From an uncultured virus (IMG/VR IMGVR_UViG_3300032293_002550) (Duplodnaviria; Heunggongvirae; Uroviricota; Caudoviricetes): a stretch of 64,000 bases of DNA. The stretch is from IMG/VR virus record IMGVR_UViG_3300032293_002550; one strand, 5' to 3'. The notes beneath the pieces are model-generated. The model was not told the origin of the DNA, did no database searches, and saw only the letters and a program-made list of their open reading frames with translations. The stretch's first letter is position 1, and each line of letters starts with the position of its first letter. A program made the position numbers and the translations under genes. This document shows positions 20,344-28,559 of the stretch, piece by piece.

Positions 20344-21063
20344 TTATTTATTATATACCCAATTAATTATTTCAGATGGTATTTTTCCAGGTAGGTAACC
20401 CCTATCCAGGTCGAATTTTTTTCTTAGTCGTCGTTTGAATATTTCCATGCCTGAGTAAAAGGTGGATTGGTTTTTTTCATCAATTTCATCTCGATCATGG
20501 TAGAGTTGAGAATAGTGCATATGCTGGAAAGTGAGCTCTGGTGCCTCCACTACACAACCAAGCAAATGGGCTACACATGTAAGTTCAGTATCACAAAACA
20601 TATGTGTGTAAACTGGATTATAGATGAAGGGGAAGGAATCTAAATAATCCCTAGAAAATATAGGCATTGTGATAAGATCTTTTCCAATTCCGTCTGAGAT
20701 TTTGATGACGTGCTTTCCAGTTACACTAGAGCTTATCTTCACAAGTTGGGTGTCCCAATGTTCTGGACAATCAAAGTCATCAGAAAAAACTACAATCAAA
20801 TCGCCGTCAATATGTGATTTGGCAACGTTTATTGCTTCCACAGATGATGTATTAGGATTTTTAATTATTAAAAGATCTGTTCCATGTTTCTCTGCAATGG
20901 GAGGCAGGAGTTCGTAATACTGGTTCGAGGTTTGATCAGAATCATCTATTGAGATAACAACCTTGATAGACTTAGAATTATCTGCTGATTCTAGCCATTT
21001 TTCAAGGATGGTTGACATTCTATCTGGTCTTTGCCTTGAAGCCGCAATTAGATTGATTCTCAT
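20344..21063 (-). CDS. Glycosyltransferase family 2-like
   Basis: ASRQRP, ISIDDSD, EAIN, VVFSDDF, HMFCDTEL. Confidence 0.8.
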   Translation of the reverse strand: MRINLIAASRQRPDRMSTILEKWLESADNSKSIKVVISIDDSDQTSNQYYELLPPIAEKHGTDLLIIKNPNTSSVEAINVAKSHIDGDLIVVFSDDFDCPEHWDTQLVKISSSVTGKHVIKISDGIGKDLITMPIFSRDYLDSFPFIYNPVYTHMFCDTELTCVAHLLGCVVEAPELTFQHMHYSQLYHDRDEIDEKNQSTFYSGMEIFKRRLRKKFDLDRGYLPGKIPSEIINWVYNK

Positions 21064-21908
21064 AAATTTTTTATCGCATTAAAAAGCTGTGTGTCTGCAG
21101 ATCGAAGTGATTTCACACGCTCCATGTTATCCTGTACTGCTTGCATTTTAGATTCGTATAGCTCTGGTGTTAGACTACTTAGCTTAAATGACTCATTCCA
21201 CTGGATGATTCCTTCTGAATTAAAATCATCTGAAATTTTATCAGTACCCCAATAGACTGGAATGACACCAAGTGCAAAACAATCTGTGATTTTTTCGGTG
21301 TAATACTTGTCAATCTTTACATTCTCAAAAACTACAGAGAACATATAATCAGAAAGGGCTTCCTCCTTAGATCTCCACCAGTCTCCAGATGGACCTGATC
21401 CTGAACCTATTCTAGGACTTCCGAGTGCACCACCGTATAAATCCAGTCTAGTAGAATAATCTTTAGCAACTCTCAATCTTAGTTTGTGCCCCGAAGTCAT
21501 ATCCTTAGAACTACAGATAAAAGAGCACAATTTAGATTTTTGAGGAATTCTGTAAGATTCTTTTGGAGTCCAAGGTAGGTTTGAGCCTGGCGGATTGTAC
21601 ATGAAAAATGAAGGGTCCCACGCAATAATCTCAAAATCAGCGGTGAAAATCTTGATGAATTTTCTTTTTAATAGCTCCCTATTTTGTCTCAAATAAGACT
21701 TGAGTCCAGGAAGTACTTCACTTGATTCGCAAAACCATCCAAAGTTTTTCTCCCTTCCTACTGATGGAGTGAAGGACATGATTTGGTTATCGATCACAAC
21801 GTTAGCAATGCCCTCACTCCTTGACCACTCAAAATCCTCAGGTTTGAATTTAGAACAGGAAGAGAACTCGTGAGGAAAAGGAGCCCAGTTGGTTTTTAGT
21901 TTGTTCAT
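21060..21908 (-). CDS. Alpha-1,3/4-fucosyltransferase (GT10)
   Basis: GT10 motif YMFSVVFEN...YYTEKITDCFALGVIPVYWG. Confidence 0.85.
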   Translation of the reverse strand: MNKLKTNWAPFPHEFSSCSKFKPEDFEWSRSEGIANVVIDNQIMSFTPSVGREKNFGWFCESSEVLPGLKSYLRQNRELLKRKFIKIFTADFEIIAWDPSFFMYNPPGSNLPWTPKESYRIPQKSKLCSFICSSKDMTSGHKLRLRVAKDYSTRLDLYGGALGSPRIGSGSGPSGDWWRSKEEALSDYMFSVVFENVKIDKYYTEKITDCFALGVIPVYWGTDKISDDFNSEGIIQWNESFKLSSLTPELYESKMQAVQDNMERVKSLRSADTQLFNAIKNL

Positions 21909-22711
21909 ACTAAGTTGTAATTAGTTACGTTAGTTGGAAATGGTCTCTCTTTATTTACCTGTCTCATCTGGAGCAAAATTTCCCGTTTATGTGGAACGTC
22001 TGAATTTACATTTTCAATATGCTCCCCTTTGTGGTAATCAATCCCAGACAAATGTATCTTGACTTGGTCTCTGAAATATGGAAGTATTTGGTGCTTCAGC
22101 GCATCGTGGTCAAGCTCGCATTTTCCATGTTCTACTCTTGAGGTGCAATGTTTCTCCCAAGCATCGACAATCGAATGTGTCAAAGGGTTATTCACAAAAT
22201 AAATTGGTGAAGCAACGAAAGAGTCCATAGAGGATGTATAGGAAACTAATCCTAGATCAAACGTCTTCGTCTTAGTCATGATTTGGTTGAGGTTGCTTTT
22301 GATGAAAGAATCACCATCGACCCAAAGAATATTTTTACCAAGCTCACGCAGTCTAGATTGAATGAAGTAGGGTTTGAAACAACAGTTCTGAAAGTAGTTT
22401 CGATCACAAACGTATTGATAGAAAACATAATCATAGCCCATTGCTTCTATTCTATTAATCAAGGTTCTAAATCTGCTAGAATAAAAGTTAGTTCCAGGAG
22501 GATCAGAGATGAACGAGATAACAACATCAGGGGATTCAGTAAGTCTCTCTAATTTCCATAGAACCTCTCTTTGCGTTGAGTTTGAAAAGGGTTTAAATAA
22601 GTCTTCACTCATCTTGTATGAAGGAATTGGGGGTGGTAAATGATCTCTCTTGTATGGTGACGGAGATGGTGTGGCCCTATGACCCGCTGCTCTAACTCTG
22701 TATTTACTCAT
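21905..22711 (-). CDS. Nucleotide-diphospho-sugar transferase-like protein (GT-A)
   Basis: YFQNCCFKPYFI, ILWVDGDS, LDHDAL; paralogue of the next gene. Confidence 0.6.
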   Translation of the reverse strand: MSKYRVRAAGHRATPSPSPYKRDHLPPPIPSYKMSEDLFKPFSNSTQREVLWKLERLTESPDVVISFISDPPGTNFYSSRFRTLINRIEAMGYDYVFYQYVCDRNYFQNCCFKPYFIQSRLRELGKNILWVDGDSFIKSNLNQIMTKTKTFDLGLVSYTSSMDSFVASPIYFVNNPLTHSIVDAWEKHCTSRVEHGKCELDHDALKHQILPYFRDQVKIHLSGIDYHKGEHIENVNSDVPHKREILLQMRQVNKERPFPTNVTNYNLV

Positions 22712-23381
22712 GCGACTTGAAATTTTCTAGGGTTAGGGACATGAAAGTGGAATTTCGTGTGTTATTTTTTTTCATGACAATACGAGTTTCTGTACCCTTG
22801 TTCATAACCCTGGATATTCCATTTCGAATGAAACGTCCATCTGTATAATCAATGGCTTGACCTGAACATTGAAGTAGATCCACGGAGATCTTATTGACAA
22901 ACTGTGGAAGAATTTCAAACTTTAGAAGATCGTGATCGAGATCTATATAATTAGACGAAATTCTCTCGTTAGCCACTTTTGAAAACACCCCAAATAGTTC
23001 AAGAGTACGTTCATTATATTTTATACACAATGGAGATGCTTTTATGCCCTGAAGATCTCCAGTATGAGAGGCTCCCACCAAGTCACTCTCCCATGATTTC
23101 ATACAATCATTATAGGCAAGCAATTCCGTATCTGCATCGATCCAAATGAGGTCTCGTTGTAGTTCCTTGAGCTTTGCTAGAATAAAAGAAGGTTTACTCA
23201 AGGTGTTTTTCCAGTAGTAGCCCTTATCAGGAATGGTATCCATAATGATTTTGCCCCCCAGATAATGTACTTGGCCAACTAGACTCTGAGCACATGAAAT
23301 GAAATAAGGTGAGCCTGTATGGAAGGATATGAAAGGTGGATATGACATCAGATGCCTAATTTCTGAAAAAGTGGTTTGCAA
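22704..23381 (-). CDS. Nucleotide-diphospho-sugar transferase-like protein (GT-A)
   Basis: YWKNTLSKPSFI, LIWIDADT, LDHDLL. Confidence 0.6.
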   Translation of the reverse strand: MQTTFSEIRHLMSYPPFISFHTGSPYFISCAQSLVGQVHYLGGKIIMDTIPDKGYYWKNTLSKPSFILAKLKELQRDLIWIDADTELLAYNDCMKSWESDLVGASHTGDLQGIKASPLCIKYNERTLELFGVFSKVANERISSNYIDLDHDLLKFEILPQFVNKISVDLLQCSGQAIDYTDGRFIRNGISRVMNKGTETRIVMKKNNTRNSTFMSLTLENFKSHE

Positions 23382-24079
23382 AGAGCTAAATTCTGTGAGA
23401 GGGGTCTAGGTAAATGACAGTCTATATATTCTTGTGGATCGTAGTCATGAACTGGCCAAATGGCTTTGTCCAACCTTCTGGTGGCATATTTCTCCTCTAT
23501 CCAACCCCTCTCCAGATGCTTTAGACCGATGTATTTCTTCTTGAGAGATTGGTTATAGAAGAATTTCTGATCAGTTCCAAATCGTATGTTGAGATTGCGA
23601 AGCCTTCTCAGAAAAGATTTGTGGTCTTGATCATTCAAATCCAGTAATTCAATAAAGGACCTTGTATCACCTGCAAGATAACACATGGGATACTGGGGAT
23701 TCGTACGATACCATCTATATTTAATAATATCAGAGCTGTACGAAACCAATCCTGATTCTCCTAGTGTTGCAGCTCCGTTTCTAAAGTAATCCCTAGAGAT
23801 TGGTAACATGTCCATATCAGAGATGATGAAAGGAGCATCTAGAAGGCGAGCCGCCCAAAATCTAATACATTGAGCTTGCTGAGAGATTTCCCAGTCACTG
23901 ATCGATTCCAAAAAGAAAACTCTGCCATATTCTGCTAGACTCGCAGCAGGACCTTCAGAACCAATATAGAGAAGAACTGGTTCCAATCCAATCCTCTGCC
24001 ACATTTTTGCCACATATGGCCAAAAATCAAGGTACTCTGGATTAGAGTTCGAACTTACAACTGCGTATTTTAAATTCAT
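23348..24079 (-). CDS. Putative GT-A glycosyltransferase (paralogue of 14111-14893)
   Basis: YLDFWPYVAKMW, ISDMDMLPI, QYPMCY, GTDQ, YIDCHLPRP. Confidence 0.55.
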   Translation of the reverse strand: MNLKYAVVSSNSNPEYLDFWPYVAKMWQRIGLEPVLLYIGSEGPAASLAEYGRVFFLESISDWEISQQAQCIRFWAARLLDAPFIISDMDMLPISRDYFRNGAATLGESGLVSYSSDIIKYRWYRTNPQYPMCYLAGDTRSFIELLDLNDQDHKSFLRRLRNLNIRFGTDQKFFYNQSLKKKYIGLKHLERGWIEEKYATRRLDKAIWPVHDYDPQEYIDCHLPRPLSQNLALCKPLFQKLGI

Positions 24080-24140
24080 ATCTTTTATAATATTCTAGAA
24101 CGTCTTTTGGAATATTAACAGCCCTAGATATAATATCTGT

Positions 24141-24737
24141 TCATCTTTTTTTCCGGTTTATATACCTTGACTCTTGAAAATGCTCAATTATGGGATGAAG
24201 ACCAGGATACATCTTACGTGTATGATCGAAGATAAAAGTGTACTCTGGTGGCAAGTTGTAATATTGAAGTTCTGGCATTGAACGTTGAGCCGTTTGCATA
24301 TGCTTCTGTTCCCAAGTCTCTGGATTCATCCTTTCCGCAGGAACTCGTCGATTCACATCAATCCAATGATCGACAAAGTTCTTAGTCTTTTCGTTGTTTC
24401 TGAGGAAGATAGTGCCAGAGAGTGCTTCATCCCTCCTCCACTTGAAATCTTGAGTACGGTATGCTATATCACAGTCAAGTGTGTCAATAAGACTTGGGTA
24501 TTGTCTAAAGATTGCGTCGACATCCACGTACAAAAGATTTGAGTTAAACCCGTTTAGACACTTCTTGATAAAGTGTGCCTTGTAGTGTGTGTTCTTTTCC
24601 CAAGAACCTTGATCTCGAATTGCTTCCAGGTGTAATGGTAGTCCAAAGTTTTGGGTTGAGCTTTTGAGTTTTTCAGCTAGGGTTTGGTAAGTAGAATCTT
24701 GTGTGTAGTAAGCTATTACTAAAAATTGGGGGCTCAT
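24141..24737 (-). CDS. Nucleotide-diphospho-sugar transferase-like protein (GT-A)
   Basis: SWEKNTHYKAHFI, LLYVDVDA, SGTIFL, LPPEYTFIFD, IEHFQESR. Confidence 0.7.
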   Translation of the reverse strand: MSPQFLVIAYYTQDSTYQTLAEKLKSSTQNFGLPLHLEAIRDQGSWEKNTHYKAHFIKKCLNGFNSNLLYVDVDAIFRQYPSLIDTLDCDIAYRTQDFKWRRDEALSGTIFLRNNEKTKNFVDHWIDVNRRVPAERMNPETWEQKHMQTAQRSMPELQYYNLPPEYTFIFDHTRKMYPGLHPIIEHFQESRYINRKKR

Positions 24738-24897
24738 AAGAAGCTAAAGATTAATAGTATTCATAGACCGGGATTTACTACGTAAAAATTTTAGACGTGG
24801 TTTAGGGTAAAGTTTCAATTTTTTGAAAATATTTTTTATAGTGACCTTTTATTCGTTTCTATCAATATATATTAGAAAGACACACAGGTTCACAAAG

Positions 24898-25608
24898 ATG
24901 ATGAAGCCATATTGGTTCTTAGAAAGTCCGGTAGATGAGGAACACAAATTCTACATCTTGATGGATTTTTTGACGAAATCAAAAAAACAATTCAAAACCA
25001 AAGGATTTGAAAAGAAATTCAAAGAGATTCTGACAGTCAAGAGAGATTTAGAGAGTTTTGACAAGGACACGGAGTTTACTCAAAGAACCCAAAGCAACAT
25101 GACGGAAGTTGATACCAATAGATTTTATGAATTATTGGACAAAAACTTGGACAAAGTAGATGAAATAGAAAAGATTGTTAAAAGCTCATTAGACAATATT
25201 AACAAGTTCTTAGAAGAAAACCAAGATGAACTAGCAAGATACAATTCTTTGGTGGCTGTAGAGAGTTATTGTAATCAATATAATCTTTGGGATTCAGGAT
25301 TTTTGGTTGTGAGAAAATCAGAGGAGGAGTTTATGAAGATCTTTAGTTGGTTTTTCTCAGTCATCACAATTGGAGGGGAAGAAAAAGTAGCTCTTCTAAT
25401 GACGGAAATGCTTGATCCTCAATGTGAAACCACATTAGAAATCAACAAAATTCGTAGATTCTTAAAGGCAAACACAAAAAACTTTTCGGATAAACTTGAT
25501 TGTGTACTAATAGCTGATGTCTCCAAAGAGATAGACATTGATATGGGAACGGAAATAGGAAAGGAGAAATCAATTGACTTGATTCTCAAAAACTTTAAGA
25601 ATGGCTAG
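24898..25608 (+). CDS. Hypothetical protein (start reassigned to MMKPYWF)
   Basis: ORF track gives 24823-25608; the ATG at 24898 follows an AATATATA motif at 24864-24871. Confidence 0.65.
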   Translation: MMKPYWFLESPVDEEHKFYILMDFLTKSKKQFKTKGFEKKFKEILTVKRDLESFDKDTEFTQRTQSNMTEVDTNRFYELLDKNLDKVDEIEKIVKSSLDNINKFLEENQDELARYNSLVAVESYCNQYNLWDSGFLVVRKSEEEFMKIFSWFFSVITIGGEEKVALLMTEMLDPQCETTLEINKIRRFLKANTKNFSDKLDCVLIADVSKEIDIDMGTEIGKEKSIDLILKNFKNG

Positions 25609-26158
25609 ATCCCTTGGCCTTGATTAAAGCCTCTAACTCAGACTTTTCCTCGTCTGAAAATTCAAAACGGTCGTAGGGAAAACCCGTAGAGTCGAAGAAA
25701 AGAACTTTCTCGATCCCATTCAAGTCCTCAGTTACAACTTCTATTTTTGTGCCTTTTCGATTTATATAAAAATCTGCTCCTCTTCCATCCTTCATTCTTT
25801 TGTTTCTAATAAAAAGTAAAGCTCCTCCGGGCATAACGAGTTCAGGTTCGTATTCCCCTGCAGATATGATTCTTTCAATTTCTGGAATCATTCCCTTTAT
25901 CGTGGAAAATGGCTTATCAGCGAGATCCTCTATTCTTGAGATCCCAATAGAGGAGACCAAAAACTCTATTATGTCATTTTTGAGTTGTGGTTTCTCCACA
26001 AATAAAGCTTGTAGATCATCAACAAAACTTTTACTGCTATAACCAATTTTTGGGTCATTTGAGGTGTATTTAAAAGGGATTGTAAATGTTTGCTCCCTAC
26101 TACCAGCAGAGGAGCTTTCATTGACGCAAAATTCCTTAAATCCTTTTATCCTTTTCAT
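25595..26158 (-). CDS. Hypothetical protein with CTS-like N-terminus
   Basis: MKRIKGFKEFCVNES. Confidence 0.7.
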   Translation of the reverse strand: MKRIKGFKEFCVNESSSAGSREQTFTIPFKYTSNDPKIGYSSKSFVDDLQALFVEKPQLKNDIIEFLVSSIGISRIEDLADKPFSTIKGMIPEIERIISAGEYEPELVMPGGALLFIRNKRMKDGRGADFYINRKGTKIEVVTEDLNGIEKVLFFDSTGFPYDRFEFSDEEKSELEALIKAKGSSHS

Positions 26159-26562
26159 ACACTATACGATGTTACTAATTTCTCTCTTTGTTCAAATGGC
26201 ATGGGAATGGCCCTAACGGCTCCAATTCCAATCTTGGTTAACTTCTTCATTGGAAAAGTCTCAAAACCAACTCCCTTGTCCTTTTGAATTCCCTTTGGAC
26301 AACACTCAACAAATAGATCTTTGTCCTTTGGAACCAGAAACACACCATTTTGACTACAAACTAAGGTGTCTCCATCTTGTGTGTTATAGACATTCCATTT
26401 CGGTTTTTTATATTGAGCTGAGCTTCCTTGAACATTTTCATATCCAACAATGACATCTATCTCAAAAGGCTCATTGACCTCGTAGCACGAGCCATTGGCT
26501 TCCAATCCCCATTTTGATGGAAAATCCCGAGTAAAATCGTCTAATTTCAAAACTCTAGCCAT
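26155..26562 (-). CDS. Hypothetical protein
   Basis: 135 aa; late motif upstream; begins MARVLKLDDF. Confidence 0.7.
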   Translation of the reverse strand: MARVLKLDDFTRDFPSKWGLEANGSCYEVNEPFEIDVIVGYENVQGSSAQYKKPKWNVYNTQDGDTLVCSQNGVFLVPKDKDLFVECCPKGIQKDKGVGFETFPMKKLTKIGIGAVRAIPMPFEQREKLVTSYSV

Positions 26563-26569
26563 TTGTCAC

Positions 26570-26604
26570 TATATATCAGAATTAGTAATTCAAAAAGATA
26601 TATA
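26570..26604. promoter_or_regulatory. Divergent pair of putative late promoters (GATATATA)
   Basis: GATATATA on the minus strand (26570-26577) and the plus strand (26597-26604), each just upstream of a start codon. Confidence 0.6.
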
Positions 26605-26621
26605 TAAGAAAAAGTAAAAAA

Positions 26622-27314
26622 ATGTTGTATAGATATTCCCAATTCTTTTCTGAATCAAATGCCAAATCTAGCCAGATGGCTCTTCTGGAAAACCAATACC
26701 TCAAACTAAAGGCTGAGGGCTTATCTGAATCGCAAATTAACGAAAACATCTTCACGTCATTCTTGTCATCTTTAGGCGGAGGTTTCACTGATACGTTTAA
26801 GGATTACGTGATTGACTGGGCAGCAGAAAAACTTGGTATTGATCCCTTTGATGATATGGGGCAGCCTTCCTTCTTCTACCAGTTGATTAGAAACGTTATC
26901 GAAGGAGTGAGCTTCACAGATCTTGGAAAATACTTTGGAAAGGGTTCATGTAAATTCTGGTCAAGAGCAATTGTCGAGGGCTTGGCAGAAACATTACAAG
27001 AAAGAGGGATAGAATATCTACTACCCAAACTCGGAATCAAAATGGATTCAAGTACGGGAATGGGAGCAACAATCGCATCAGGACTTAGAGAGGCAATCAC
27101 AAATGCTATTAACGACACTGGATTCATGAATAAAATAGAGAATATGATAGGTGATAAAATATGTGGATTCAGTCTTGGAGACGTTTTATCAGGTAAACTA
27201 TCCTCAGGTGAAAAACAAAAGCTTAGCACTGAAATTACCAAAGCAGAAACAAATGATCCTGACATTTTCACTAAGGCAATGAAATCAGGTCTATCCAACA
27301 TTCTGAATTTCTAA
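26622..27314 (+). CDS. Putative virion/internal head protein
   Basis: MLYRYSQFFSES; INENIFTSFLSSLGGGF. Confidence 0.6.
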   Translation: MLYRYSQFFSESNAKSSQMALLENQYLKLKAEGLSESQINENIFTSFLSSLGGGFTDTFKDYVIDWAAEKLGIDPFDDMGQPSFFYQLIRNVIEGVSFTDLGKYFGKGSCKFWSRAIVEGLAETLQERGIEYLLPKLGIKMDSSTGMGATIASGLREAITNAINDTGFMNKIENMIGDKICGFSLGDVLSGKLSSGEKQKLSTEITKAETNDPDIFTKAMKSGLSNILNF

Positions 27315-27327
27315 ACAAACACACGCA

Positions 27328-27579
27328 ATGAATCAGAAAAACATCAAAAAAAGAGAAATCCTTAGTTACAAGGATTTTTTAAAAGTGGTTCAAGACCCAT
27401 GGAACCCTGAAAACCTTAGCAAAGAAGATCGCACTGGACTTCATAAAATCACTCCAGAAGATGCCTATGCCTACGTGGGATTCCAAGATTCAGTGTTTAA
27501 AGGCATTTCAAAAATAAATTATCCAGGAGCTGGTGCAACCGAGTCAGGAATCACCACGCAATTTGGAACAGCAGAATAA
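27328..27579 (+). CDS. Small hypothetical protein
   Basis: 83 aa; REILSYKDFLK motif. Confidence 0.6.
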   Translation: MNQKNIKKREILSYKDFLKVVQDPWNPENLSKEDRTGLHKITPEDAYAYVGFQDSVFKGISKINYPGAGATESGITTQFGTAE

Positions 27580-27583
27580 GACT

Positions 27584-28486
27584 ATGGACAAAAGAATTTT
27601 ATCATTCGAAGAATTTTCATCGGTGAAGCAATCCAATCTTCCTGAATTTAACAAATGGTCAGGTCACAGTAAGATGGAAAGATTTGCAAAAATCGAAGAG
27701 GAAGACGAGGAACCGGAGGAAGAGGAATCTACAGAGGAAGAATCTCCAAAAGCAAAACCAGTAAAAGCCAAGACCAAACCTGAAAAGACATCTGAAGAGG
27801 AGGAGGACACAGAGGAAGAAGAAGATCCTGAAGAGGAAGAGGATACAGAGAAAGAAGAAGATCCTGAAGAGGAAGAAGATACAGAGGAAGAAGAAGATCC
27901 TGAAGAGGAAGAGGACACAGAGGAAGAAGAAGATCCTGAAGAGGAAGAGGATACAGAGAAAGAAGAAGATCCTGAAAAGGAAGAAGATACAGAGGAAGAA
28001 GAAGATCCTGAAGAGGAAGAAGATCCTGAAGAGGAAGAAGATCCTGAAGAGGAAGAAGATCCTGAAGAGGAAGAGGACACAGAGGAAGAAGAAGATCCTG
28101 AAGAGGAAGAGGACACAGAGGAAGAAGAAGATCCTGAAGAGGAAGAGGATACAGAGGAAGAAGAAGATCCTGAAGAGGAAGAAGATCCTGAAGAGGAAGA
28201 AGATCCTGAAGAGGAAGAAGATCCTGAAGAGGAAGAGGACGATGATGATGATGACGAAGAAGAAAATGATGAGGACTTCTTAAACATGACTGATGCTGAT
28301 GATGAAGAAGAGGACGATGATGAGGATTTCTTAGAAGTCGGTGATGGAGATGAACTTGAATTTACAGATGTTCCAACCGAAGAAATGCCAAGAGATGAGG
28401 AAGACACGGAAGAGGAGGACGAATCTGATTTGGAAGACGAAGAAAAATCACAAAAAGTTATCAGGTTCGATAATTTTTTCAACTAA
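27584..28486 (+). CDS. Extremely acidic Glu/Asp tandem-repeat protein (start reassigned to MDKRILSF)
   Basis: About 25 EEEED(P/T) hexapeptides; the ATG at 27584 follows the upstream stop. Confidence 0.8.
   Translation: MDKRILSFEEFSSVKQSNLPEFNKWSGHSKMERFAKIEEEDEEPEEEESTEEESPKAKPVKAKTKPEKTSEEEEDTEEEEDPEEEEDTEKEEDPEEEEDTEEEEDPEEEEDTEEEEDPEEEEDTEKEEDPEKEEDTEEEEDPEEEEDPEEEEDPEEEEDPEEEEDTEEEEDPEEEEDTEEEEDPEEEEDTEEEEDPEEEEDPEEEEDPEEEEDPEEEEDDDDDDEEENDEDFLNMTDADDEEEDDDEDFLEVGDGDELEFTDVPTEEMPRDEEDTEEEDESDLEDEEKSQKVIRFDNFFN
27794..28243 (+). repeat. 18-bp tandem repeat (GAAGAGGAAGAAGATCCT-like), about 25 copies, encoding EEEED(P/T)
   Basis: Read directly; in-frame with synonymous variation. Confidence 0.95.
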
Positions 28487-28511
28487 AAAATATAAATACG
28501 AAAAGATTTTT

Positions 28512-28536
28512 AAAGCCTAGAGTTCCTAGGCTTTTT
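28512..28536 (+). terminator. Intrinsic terminator
   Basis: AAAGCCTAG-AGTTC-CTAGGCTTT followed by T residues, downstream of the acidic-protein gene. Confidence 0.75.
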
Positions 28537-28559
28537 AGTGTTTTATTGATATATAGCAT

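Noticed and set aside
7444..24737. Reading the sugar cluster as a bacterial LPS/capsule locus (host chromosome or prophage flank)
   Set aside because: No wzx/wzy/ABC export genes, integrase or housekeeping genes; it shares promoter-like motifs and gene packing with the flanking phage genes.
27664..28482. 272-aa poly-Ser ORF on the minus strand
   Set aside because: It is the antisense shadow of the GAA/GAG-rich repeat; the plus-strand ORF fits the operon and terminator.
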